Shown: one piece after another, positions 1 to 11,000 of the stretch
How positions within the stretch are numbered: the stretch's first letter is position 1
How the letters are laid out: every line of letters starts with the position of its first letter
Assembly: GCF_036321535.1 (NCBI RefSeq)
Contig: NC_087455.1
Coordinates: 434,001 to 498,000 of the forward strand
From: Camelus dromedarius
Taxonomy: Eukaryota
Length of the DNA stretch: 64,000 bases
Direction: 5' to 3'
The notes under the pieces: model-generated
Seen by the model: only the letters and a program-made list of their open reading frames with translations
Told to the model about the DNA's origin: nothing
Databases searched by the model: none
Made by a program: the position numbers and the translations under genes

Positions 1-60
1 AGACGCTGCCCCGCCTCTTCCGCTGCGGATCCCGTCACTTCCGCTCCACTGGGCAGAGCT
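1..60. promoter_or_regulatory. CpG-island proximal promoter of FBXL6 (GC box plus ETS site); probably shared with divergent SLC52A2 outside the window
   Basis: CCCCGCC at 9-15 and CACTTCCG (reverse complement CGGAAGTG, ETS/GABP-type) at 36-43, just upstream of the FBXL6 ATG. The SLC52A2 link is from human synteny only. Confidence 0.5.
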
Positions 61-79
61 TGGAGCGTGGCGAGTGGCC

Positions 80-3023
80 ATGGCTCCTGGGGTGGCTCCG
101 CGGGCCCGGCGAAGAGTCCGGGGGACGCCGCTGGCCGGGGCGCCGGCCCGCTCGGCAGAGGACTGGTGGTGGGATCGGCTGGCGCCGAGCGGCTCCGGGT
201 ACCACTTGCTGCAGGCGGACAGCATGCTGCTGGTGCTACCCACCCTGGGGCCCGCCCGCGCCCGCGCGCAGAGGCGCGCCGCCCGCCGCGGTCGGCGGCT
301 GCGGCCCCCGGCGTCCCGCCCCGCTGAGGCCAAAGCCAAGCCCAGGACCTCACCCGCGCCCGCTCCGCAGCAGGGGCCCGACCCGGGCTGGGGCGACCGC
401 ATCCCCTTGGAAATCCTGCTGCGGATTTTCGGGCTGTTGGTGGAGGCGAATGGGCCCATGCCCTTCCTTGGCAGGTACCCAAGCCCGTCGCGCGCAGCGC
501 TGTAGCTCATGCTGACCTCTTGCGTACGCAGCGGGTGGCTAAGCGCCCACACTATGCGTGCCAGAGTGCGCAGTCTCTCAGGTGGTTCATTTGGAACCGC
601 AGGGTCCTGACTTTGAGCTGAGGTGTCCAAAGCGTTGTGAGGGTTGTGGGGGGCGGGTCCCTCCTCTTAGAAAACCCCATGGCGGCAGCTGGTCGGGGCG
701 GGCATCGGCCACAAAAGGCCCGGCCCTTAAGCAGAGATTTTTTTTCCCAGGGCTGCACGCGTGTGCCGCCGCTGGCACGAGGCCGCCTCCCAGCCCGCGC
801 TCTGGCACACCCTGACTCTGTCACCCCCGCTGGCGGGCCGCCCTGCCAAAGGCGGAGCCAAGGCTGAGAAGAAGCTCCTTGCTTCCCTTGAGTGGCTTAT
901 CCCCAATCGGTGAGGAGTTCCATCTTTGTCTTAACCCCTCACTCCATTTGTGTGATGTGTGGGAAGCCCCAGACCCCTTCTTCTCCCTGCACCAACGTGA
1001 TGGGTGGGAGAACGCTGACAGAAGGGCAGCTTGGGAACGCTGTGCAGCTCTGCCTCTGCTGTCGGCCCAGGTTCTCACAGCTCCAGAGGCTGACTCTCAT
1101 CCACTGGAAGTCCCAGGTACACCCTGTGTTGAAGGTGAGAGCTCCAGGCTGCCCTGCACTCCAGCCATGACACTCTGGGGTTGCCCGGTACTTCCAGGGA
1201 GTGGGTCAGACACCGTGGGGCCCAATGATGCCCCATGGGGATGCCTGCCTGGCTCTCCTTTCCTGGTGTCTCCTCCAGCTGGGAGTTGTGAGAGATGGGA
1301 GCACCCAGGTAGGCCTGGCAAGGGCAGCAAGGAGATCAGTGCTGAGGCAGTGAAGTGGGGTTGGTGCCAACCATCAGTCTCTACTTTGTGGACCACAGCC
1401 TTCACTCCCCGCATCCCAGCTGGCCCTGTCTTCCACAGCTGGTTAGTGAGTCCTGTCCTCGGCTCACCTTCCTCAAGCTCTCGGATTGCCACAGTGTGAC
1501 CCCCAACACTCTGATCATGCTAGCCAAAGCCTGCCCCCAGCTCCACAGCCTGGACGTACAACATTCCATGGTGAGCCCTGTGTCCCCAGCGGCCCCAAAG
1601 AAGCCTGGGCTGTGGTGACAGGTACCCCTGTGCTGGGTCCCCAGGTGGAGTCCACGGCTGTGGTGAGCTTCTTGGAGGAGGCAGGGCCCCGAATGCGGAA
1701 GCTGTGGCTGACCTACAGCTCCCAGACAACAGCCATCTTGGGTGCACTGCTGGTAGGTCTGTGATGGGCAGGAGCAGAGCTGGATGCTGAGCCCGATCCC
1801 GCCAGGCTACTGACCCAGTGTTCTGCCCCTGCAGGGCAGCTGCTGCCCACAGCTTCAGGTCCTGGAGGTGAGCACCGGCATCAACCACAACATCACTCCC
1901 CTCCAACTTCCTGTAGAGGCTCTGCAGAAAGGCTGCCCCCAGCTGCAGGTACCTGACGCCCCACCTCTCCCACCTGTCACCCCTCTCCCCATCTGCAGCC
2001 TGGGCCTTTTTCCCAGGTGCTGCGGCTTCTGAACCTGATGTGGCTGCCCAAGCCTTCGGGGCGAGCAGTGACTCCTGGCCCGGGCTTCCCCAGCCTGGAG
2101 GAGCTCTGCCTTGCCAGCTCCACCTGCAACTTCGTGAGCAATGAGGTCCTAGACCGCCTGCTCCACGGCTCCCCTAACCTGCGCTTGTTGGACCTTCGCG
2201 GCTGTGCCCGAATCACGCCTGCTGGCCTGCATGATCTGCCGTGTCAGGGTCAGCTCTCCCTGGGCGGTAGCTGGACAGGTGGCTTGTGGGGGTCCTTGCC
2301 CGCTCCACAGCTCACGCCCACTCTTGTCACCTCCAGAGCTGGAGCAGCTTCACTTGGGCCTGTATGGCATGTCAGACCGGCTGACTCTAGCCAAGGAGGG
2401 CAGCCCTCTGTTGACCCAGAAGTGGTGCCACACTCTGCAGGAACTGGACTTAAGTGGCCAGGGCTTCAGCGAGAAGGACCTGGAGCAGGCCTTAGCCGCC
2501 TTCTCAGGCACCCCTGAGGGCTCACACCCAGCCCTGTGCTCCCTCAACCTCAGGGGCACCCAGGTCACACCAAGCACAGTCAGGTTAGTGCCCCCCTCCC
2601 CCTGTCAGTTCTTTGGGGCCCGTGTGGCTTGCCCTCCTGTCCTCCTGGCTTGCCAGCTCCAGGGGTCTGAAAGGGGAGCCCATACTGGCCAAGCCCCTGC
2701 TTGGGGCTGGCCTTGGGGACATCAAGAGTATGGGGCTTGGGCCTTGGTGGCTGTAGGTCGCAGAGCCAGCTGTGGTGCAAGGGTAGAGAGGTCTCCCTAC
2801 CCAGGCCTTGCTGGGGTCTGGGTCTTGTAGGGGCCAGTGGCTTAACCCCCGTGGTCTGCCCTGCCTGCACAGCTCTGTGATCAGCAGTTGCCCGGGTCTG
2901 CTGTACCTCAACCTGGAGTCCTGCCGCTGCCTGCCCCGGGGCCTGAAGCGGGCCTATAGGGGCCCAGGGGAAGTCCAGTGGTGCCTGGAGCAGCTGCTAA
3001 CCAGCCTCCCCTCTGTCAGCTAG
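80..3023 (+). CDS. FBXL6: F-box and leucine-rich repeat protein 6, 9 coding exons, 533 aa
   Basis: gccATGG Kozak at 80. Exons 80-474, 751-909, 1071-1134, 1439-1570, 1645-1752, 1835-1948, 2017-2248, 2337-2583, 2873-3023; all GT-AG, total 1602 nt, in frame to TAG. Translation includes [13 protein letters not shown], the F-box [18 protein letters not shown], and LRR segments [21 protein letters not shown] and [19 protein letters not shown], which match FBXL6. Confidence 0.97.
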
Positions 3024-3094
3024 GCAGCTCCGGACTCTTCGGCTGGCCAGCCCTGCCCTGCACCCTTTCCCAGTTTTGAATGTTTGAGCGTTAT

Positions 3095-3100
3095 AATAAA
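3095..3100 (+). terminator. FBXL6 polyadenylation signal AATAAA
   Basis: AATAAA about 70 nt after the stop, followed by a GT/T-rich stretch (ctcttgtgtgttctttgtg). Confidence 0.8.
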
Positions 3101-3291
3101 ACATTTTTAGGAACTCTTGTGTGTTCTTTGTGATCAGGGTGAGGGAACGGGCTGTCCCTGAGGGGCTAGAATGGGCCCAGAACCTGTGTGTCGTGGGCTT
3201 GGAGGTGGCCCCCAGGGCCCCTGAGTCTGCATGTGGCTGTGTCTTACCTTCTCACTCCTGGGCTCAAATCTTGGACTGGGAGAGAGAGGGA

Positions 3292-3331
3292 GTGTGTGTG
3301 TGTCTGTGTGCGCGCGCGTGCGTGCACGCGC
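3292..3331. repeat. Alternating purine-pyrimidine (GT)n/(GC)n tract
   Basis: gtgtgtgtgtgtctgtgtgcgcgcgcgtgcgtgcacgcgc read directly. Confidence 0.8.
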
Positions 3332-3785
3332 TACCCTCAGGGACACTAAGCTGAGCTGTCCGTGGTTGTATGTGAGGATTTGGCCTGGGCAGAGGTGGCA
3401 ATGGAGAGATGAAAGCCATGCTTAGCCATGGGGTTCGTGGTGGGGCACCTGCTTGCAGATCCCAGCTCAGGCCTGGGATGTCCACTTCCTCCACCTTCAG
3501 GTGAAGACTGAACCAGGCTGTACAGGGGTGGGGACTACCGGGAAGTGTACGCCCACCACAGGCCTGGACCGGAGACTCCCTGGAGAAGGAGTGGTCACTA
3601 GGACGAGCCCTTCTAGAACCCGCCGCTCAGAGCTTCTAGAACCCTGCGCAGCCCAGCCTGGACCGCCACCTGGCATCGCTCCCCTGCCATTGCCTGAGAG
3701 CTCCTGCTCCTTCCTGGGCCGCAATCCTGGAGGCTTTATTCCCCCAGGTATGAGCGTGACTGTGGGCAGTGGGCGGTGGCAACAG

Positions 3786-5407
3786 ATGAGCCGCTCGGCT
3801 GACTGCCTGTACCTGACTCAGGTCCGCAAGGGCGGGATCAGCAGCCTGCCCACGACCTCCGGCGGCAAGCCCTTCCAGCTCTGGGCCCTAGGACTCTTCT
3901 GCACCGAGCGTAACTTGGCTAAGCGCCTTAGGAGCAACAGCTTCTACCCTTTCACGGAGCAGCAGCCGAACGGTGCGCGTGGACCGCTGCGGGGTCAGGA
4001 AATCAGAACCGGGAGGGCCCGGGACGCGGGGCGGGGTGGGGACCTGAATGGGGCGGAGCCATAGCCCTGGGCGGGACCAGGACCTGAACAGGGCGGAGCC
4101 GAGGCGAAACAAGGGGGCAAGGCCCTGGGTGGGGCCGGTCGCGCGCGAGTGGACGTTGGAACCGTAGGCTGGACGCCTATCCGGGCCCCAAGCCCTGTGT
4201 GGGTCGGGTGTTCCGGGCCCCGACCCTGGCTCTGTCACCTCCGGCTGCGAGCAGGGGCACGCTGTCCTCATGCGCCGCCGCCGCGCCGCCCCCAGTCTTC
4301 GTGCTCGAGTACTACCTGGACACGCTGTGGAAGGGGACGCTGCTCTTCGTCGTCTGCCTCTTGCTCGTCAGCTTCGGCCTCGTGAGCCAGGTCTGAGCTC
4401 CTGGGCCGGCCCCTCAAGGCCTTCCTCCTGTGGGGGCCGGACCCTCCACTCGGCGCCTCGCCCCCGGGCCCCGCGGCGGCTCAGAAGGTCTCCGCGGCGT
4501 CCGCAGGTGCGGAAGCAGGAGACCTGGGGCTTCCCCGCCTACGGCATGGGCATCGGCCTGTGGCTCATGATCTCGTCGCTGCCGCGACGCCGCCTAGTGC
4601 TCAACCACACGCGCGGCGTGTACCACTTCTCCATCCAGGGCCGCACTGTGTGTCAGGGGCCCATGCATCTGGTCTACGTGCGCCTGGCGCTCAGCTCCGA
4701 CGGTGACGCACCGGGCGGGCAGCAGATGCGGGGGCTGCGTGCAAGGGAAGGGAAGCCATGTGGAGTGGGGAGGGCCGGGCAAGCGGGCCCATGCCCGGTC
4801 CCGAAGCCCCCGTCCCCGCTCCCCAGAGCCCCGGAGCTGAGCCGCTTGCCTCTTGCCAGCCTACAGAAGGTGCTTCTTCCAGCTGGTTCTGTGCGGCCAC
4901 AAGTTGGAGCCGCTAGTGCTGGTGCAGCTGTCAGAGCGCTACGAGGTGGGTCCCACCCAGCCGGCCTTGGGGCCTCAGACACGCTCCCCTCCCTCCTCGG
5001 TTCAGCATGAACCCGGCCACTGTTTAGGGCGCTAGGATGAGTCCATTTTGCAGGTGGAGGGTGCATACAACAAGGTCTTCGGCCAGAAAAGGGCGCGGGG
5101 GCTGACGGGCAGGGCTGGAGATGCGGTCTGCAAGGGGAGGGGACCCCTCGGGGGCGCCGCGGCTGCGGGTGGCGGGGCTTCTCTTGTCCTGACAAGAGCT
5201 GACCGTTACCCACTCCCACAGCAAATGGAATATCTGGGTCGTCACATCGCCCGGAAGCTCAACATTAACTACTTCGACAGTCTGGCCTCCTCGTACCGGC
5301 ACGTGGTCCGCCACTGGCCGCTGGGGGCCACCTTCAGCCCGGGCATCGCTCTGCGCAAGACCCGTGCCTATGACAAGCTGAGCTCTGGGTCCGACCTGGA
5401 CGTGTGA
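3786..5407 (+). CDS. TMEM249: Transmembrane protein 249 (CatSper-associated subunit theta); 5 coding exons; start codon uncertain (3750 or 3786)
   Basis: Exons 3786?-3972, 4296-4390, 4507-4702, 4860-4945, 5222-5407; GT-AG and frame-consistent (750 nt from 3786). Translation includes [57 protein letters not shown] and [19 protein letters not shown], which match TMEM249. Position next to FBXL6 is syntenic. Confidence 0.88.
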
Positions 5408-5499
5408 TGCTGCCGGCGGGCACCCCCTCCCCGAGCCCAGAACTGGGCTCGCCCTTCTCCTCCAATATCCCAGCTCCACCGACTACTGGCCTTCCTCTC

Positions 5500-5505
5500 A
5501 ATAAA
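5500..5505 (+). terminator. TMEM249 polyadenylation signal AATAAA
   Basis: AATAAA about 90 nt after the TGA at 5407. Confidence 0.75.
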
Positions 5506-8059
5506 GTGACCTCTTGCTTAAGCCTGGTCGTTTCCCCCGTGCGTTTGGGGGCTCCTGCTCCAGGGTCTTCCTTTAGTGCACACTTCACAGGGCGTCAGGG
5601 AGCCTGTCAGGGAGCAGCCCAGAGTTGGGGTTGGAAGAGGGGGTAGTTGTGGGAGTGACCATGACAAGAGGCCAGGCCTCCAGGACACGTGTGGGACACA
5701 CTTGCCTCTCTTGGTCAGTAGCACTGAACTGGTCCTACTTGGCGACAGAAGTGCGGACCAGTGAGTGGGATCCAGGAGTCAGAATCTGATTGGTCCACTC
5801 TGGGTCAGGTGTCTGCTCTAGTCCAATCAGTGCTGGGATGGGGGCACGGCAGCAGGTCAGGCCCTCTGCCTCGAGGGTGGATCCCGGCTAGGTACGCCCC
5901 GAGGGCGCTGCCATGGAGCCCTCTGCCAGAGCCTCAGGCCCGCTGGCAGAGTAGAGCCGCGGTGTCCCTGGAGTGGGCTTCTGCCTGCCTGTTGGAACCC
6001 CAGTCCCAGGTTCCCTGTCCAGTGGGTGTTCTCACTTCTGGGTGGTGAAAGCTGCTGTGGGAGCAGAGAAAACAGAGGCACCTGGCACTGTCCACCTGGT
6101 TTCCTGTTCAGCGTTTTCCCTCAGGGCCATGGTCATGACCCAGGCCTTTGTGCACTGTGTCAGCGGAGTATCCCTGGCACCAGGACCAGCTGCAGACTTT
6201 GCAGGGCCCCATGCAAATTGAAAATGTGGAGGTCTTTGTTAAAAAGTAAGAATTTCCAGACAGCAGTACTAGAGTGTTAAATCAAGCGCAGATTCCTCTG
6301 AGCTTGGGGTCCTGCAGATTGCTCAGATCACATGCTTGTGAAGCTGGACCTGCCTGGAACCCTGGCTCAGAGTCACTCACTGACTCCCAGCATCTCTGCC
6401 TGTCTCTGGAGCAGGGACCAGAGGCTGCTGGGACTGCCTCAGGCAATTGTTACTCAAGGCACGAGTGCAGGGACCCCCTACTCCTCAGGATGGGGCCCAA
6501 GCTGTCCCCAGAATGGCGGGGCCCAAGCTTTCCCCAGAGTGGCAGGGCCTAGCTTTCCCTACAGGGAAAGCTCAAGAGAGTGGGCAGAACTCAGCAATGG
6601 AGGGGTTTGGATAGGCTGGGGGTGAGGTGTGTGGCGTGTGGGCCAAGGGGCTAGGCTGCCTGGGTGAGTGAGTGCCATGTGGTTGAGCCAGGCCTAGGGT
6701 GCCCAAGTTGCCTGTGTGCTGTGTGCCAGCCCCTTGGGCTCCAGGAGGCTGTTCAGATTGGTTACCAAGGCTTCAGGTTGGGATTCAGTCCCCCCCCCCC
6801 CCGGCAATGCCAAGCCCCTGCCCTCCCAGAGACGACATCCTAAGGGAGACCCAGACTGAAGCGCTGACTTCTTGCTGCAAAGTGCCTGGAGGAGGGTGGG
6901 GTTCCTTCATCTGGGGGTCAGATCTTTCCAAGGATTCAGCATTTGAGCTGAGACGAGGAGCTGAGGCTCACGTGGCGCTCAGGGGGAGAGGCTTCTGAGA
7001 AGAGGGCTGGAAGTGTCAAGGGCACAGTGCGCGGTGCGGGGCTGAGCTGCGTGAGCTGGAGACGCTGCAAGGGGGCCGGCTGGCCAGAGAAAGCTGGGGG
7101 GGGGGGCAGGAAATGGTTTTTCTCTCTGCAGTGGGAAACCACTGGGAGTTGTAAGCAGACATGCGCTGTAATCTGGGCAGGGGTGGGGAAAGGCCAGGAG
7201 GTTGCAGGAATTGTGCGGGGAGAGAAGGGGAGCCTGAACCCCAGTGGGGCAGAGAGGAACAGAGAGGGTTATGGGCAGGTCTGAGCTACACAGCAGATAG
7301 GCTTTGCTGGCAGGCTGGATGCATGCAGGAAAGGAGTCCAGGGTTCCTGGCCTGGAGCTGGGGGGGTCTTCGGGAGGAGAGACGAGGAATTAGGAGTTCT
7401 GAGCTAGGGGAGACTTTGAGGTGGCAGGGAGGCTCTGGGGTGAAGGGGGAGGGGCATGAAGCAGAGATCTGGGGCTCTCATCCCACAGGAGGTCCCTCAG
7501 GCCAGGCCCTGGTGTCCCCTGGCAGACAGTCATTTGGTAGAGAAAGAAAAGGCCAGCCAAGGATAGCGCCCTGGCACCTGGCACACAGAGGGAGAGGACA
7601 AGGCTCACAGGGGGAGGGGACAAGAGAACCTGAGAGGGAAGGAGAGGAAACCCATGTCCGCTGGGATGGGGGCTCACCAGGGGTGGGAAGATCCCCTAGA
7701 AACAGCCTCAGGGTAGGGACTGAGCAGCACTGCAGGAGCAGGGTGGGGCAGGGGAAGGAGAGGGGAGGCAGGGGGAGACCACACAGGGAGACTCACTGCC
7801 AAGGGAAGAGAGACCTGGAGGCTGCTGTGGGAGGTAGATCTTGTTGTTCACTTTTAAAGGCACATTGCCGTGCAGATGGGAATGGCCCAACAAAAAGATA
7901 TGTATTACGAAGCAGGTGACAAGGGACATTTGCAGGGAACACTTCTTGGCTGCGCAGAAGAGGAAGGATTGGGAACACAGTTGGGATGGGGAGCAGGATC
8001 CTTGCCCACCCTCCACTTGTTCCCCAGAAAAAGTCCCCCAAAATTATCTAGGCATGTGA

Positions 8060-11000
8060 TCATGCAGAAGAAAGACTGCATTTCACAGACTCCATTCCAG
8101 ATAGGAAGGTGGTCTTCAGATGAATTCTTTGAGTAATGCAATGTAAGAATCGTTATGTGTAGAAGTGGGGAGGAGGGATGGCCAAGGTGGCAGAGTCAGA
8201 AAACCCTGAGTTCTCCTTCTCCCACGGGCACCCAAAGTAAAACTGTTTACAGGACAACCATCGATAAGTGCCAACTGAAGACCAGCAGAAAAGATCTTCT
8301 AAAACTAAAGATACAAAGATGGAGCCACAACAACGTGGGTGGGAGGGGCGCAGTCGTGATATCGTGGAGACCCACACCCCCACTGGGTGTCCCACACATG
8401 AGCAGATAATCACAACTGCAGCAGTTCTCCCCAAGGAGTGAGAGGTCTGAGCCTCACAGCAGGTTCCCCAGCACGGGGTCCCGCACTGGGAGGATGAGCC
8501 CCCGGAATAGCTGGCTTTGAAGGCCAGTAGGCCTGGTGCATGGGAGGGCCAGAGGGCTGTGGGAAACTGTCTCCCCTCAAAGGGTGTGCCCAGTGTCACA
8601 CGCTCCAAGACCCAATGCAGGGGCAGTAATTTGAAAGGAGCCTGAATTAGACTCATTTGCTGATCTCAGCCTCCCGGAGAGTCAGGAGGCCACTGGGGCT
8701 CCCCCTGGGAACATAAGTGCTGCTGGAAGCCATTCTTGGGAGCTCATTCTACCACAAGGACACAGGTGCTGACAAGCACCATTCTGGAGTCCTCCCTCTG
8801 GCTTATTAGTGCTGGGGGCTTACTTCGCACCAGTCCTGGGAGCCCTCAGGCTGAGCAGCCAGCAGTGGGGGGACCGGCCCCACCTACCACCAGGATCCCC
8901 TAGGTCCTGCAGCCAGCCTGCCCTGGGACCAGGCCCTGCCCAGCAGTGAGTCAGTACTCTCTGCATGAGTCAAGGTCTGGCAGCCAACTTGGCCAGGGGT
9001 CAGCTCCATCTACCAGCATGCCACAGTAGGACTCCACCACAACATTAAAGGGCACCCCTAGAGCATACAGCTTTGGTGACCAGAGCGGAGTGTGCTGCTG
9101 AACCTCATAGGACGTCTCCTACATAAGCCACTTCTCCAAGATCATGAAGCATAACTGACCTGCCTAATACACAGAAATAAAAACAGAGAATTAGGCAAAA
9201 TGAGGCTCCAGAGGAATATGCTCCAACTGCAGAAACAAAGACACTACAGACAAAGACACCACACAAAAAAGAAAATTACAAGCCAACATCCCTGATGAGC
9301 TTAGATGCAAAAATCCTCAACAAAATATTAGCAAATCAAATTCAATAACGCTTTACCCGCGATCAAACGGGATTTACCCCAAGGACACCAGGATGGGTAA
9401 ATATTCACAAATCAATCAATGTGATGCAGTTCATTAACAAATTGAAGAATAAAACTCACATGATCATCTCCATAGATGTGGAAAAAACTTTGGCAAAATT
9501 CAGCATCCATTTTTGATAAAAATTCTCAACAAAGTGGATATTTAGGGCACATACCTCCACATTATAAACGCCATATATGACAAACCCAGCTAACAGCATA
9601 CTCTAAGGTGAAAAGCTGAAAGTATTTTCTCTACGATCAGGAGAAAGACAAGGATGCCCACTCTTGCCACTTCTATTTAACATAGTATTAGAAGTCTTGG
9701 CCACAGCAATCAGAGAAGAAAAATAAATAAAAGGAATCCAGATCAGAAAAGAAGAAGTAAAACTGTTACCATTTGCAGATGATATGGCACTAGACATAGA
9801 AAATTCCAAAGAAATCACCAAAAAACTATTAGAGTTAATAAATGAATTCAGTGAAGTTTCAAGATACAAAATTAATATACAGAAATATGTTGCATTTCCA
9901 TACACTAACAAGGAACTATTAGAGAAAGTGAGAGAACAGTCTCATTCATAATTGCGTAAAAAAAGAATGAAACACCTGGGAATAAATCTAACCAAAGAGG
10001 TACAAGACTTGTACTCGGAAAACTGTCTAAGACACTGATGAAAGAAATTGAAAACGACNNNNNNNNNNNNNNNNNNNNNNNNNNNNNNNNNNNNNNNNNN
10101 NNNNNNNNNNNNNNNNNNNNNNNNNNNNNNNNNNNNNNNNNNNNNNNNNNNNNNNNNNNNNNNNNNNNNNNNNNNNNNNNNNNNNNNATCGAAACAAACA
10201 ATTCCAAAATGTGTACGGAAACACAAAAGACTCCAAATGGTTGAAACAATCTTGAGAAAGAAAAATAAAGCTGGAAGTATCACACTCCCTGATTTCAAAC
10301 AATCCTACAGAGCTATAGTCACCAGACAGTGTGGTACCGACACAAAAATGACATGTTGATCAATGGAACAGAATAGCGAGCCCAGAAATAAACCCACACA
10401 CTTGTGGTCAATCTACAACAAAGGAGGCAAGAATATACACGGGGGAAGAGACAGTCTCTTCAATGTTGGGAAAACTGGGCAGCTCCATGCAAAAGAATCA
10501 GACTGGACTGCTTTCCCACACCATGCACAAAAACAAACTCAAAATGGATTAAAGACTTACATGTAAAACCTGAAACCATGAAACTCCTAGAAGAAAACAT
10601 AGGCAGTACACTGTTCAACATCGGTCTTAGCAGTATTTTTTTGGATCTGTCTCCTCAGGCAAGGGAAACAAAAGGAAAAATAAACAAGTGGGACTGCATC
10701 AACCTAAAAAGCCTTTGCACAGCAAAGGAAACCACCAACAAAAAGAAAAGGCAGCCTCCTGAATGGGAGAAATATTTGCAAAGAATATAGCCAACAAGGG
10801 GTTAGTATCCAAACTATACAAAGAACTCATATGCTGCAACATATCAGCAAAACAAACAACCCCAGTGAAAGATGAGCAGAGGGCCTGAACAGACACTTTT
10901 CGGAAGACATTCAGGTACCAGCAGACACATGAGAACGACATCAGTCATCAGGGAAATGCAAATCAGAACCTCAGGGAGGCGTCACCTCACACCTGTCAGA

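Noticed and set aside
521-530. Palindrome TGCGTACGCA in FBXL6 intron 1 as an NRF1 site
   Set aside because: Does not match the GCGCATGCGC core well enough; short palindromes are common in CpG islands.
3352-3372. RE1-like sequence with exact core GCTGTCCGTGGT
   Set aside because: Only 14/21 to consensus and the TCAGCA half is destroyed; too weak without ChIP data.
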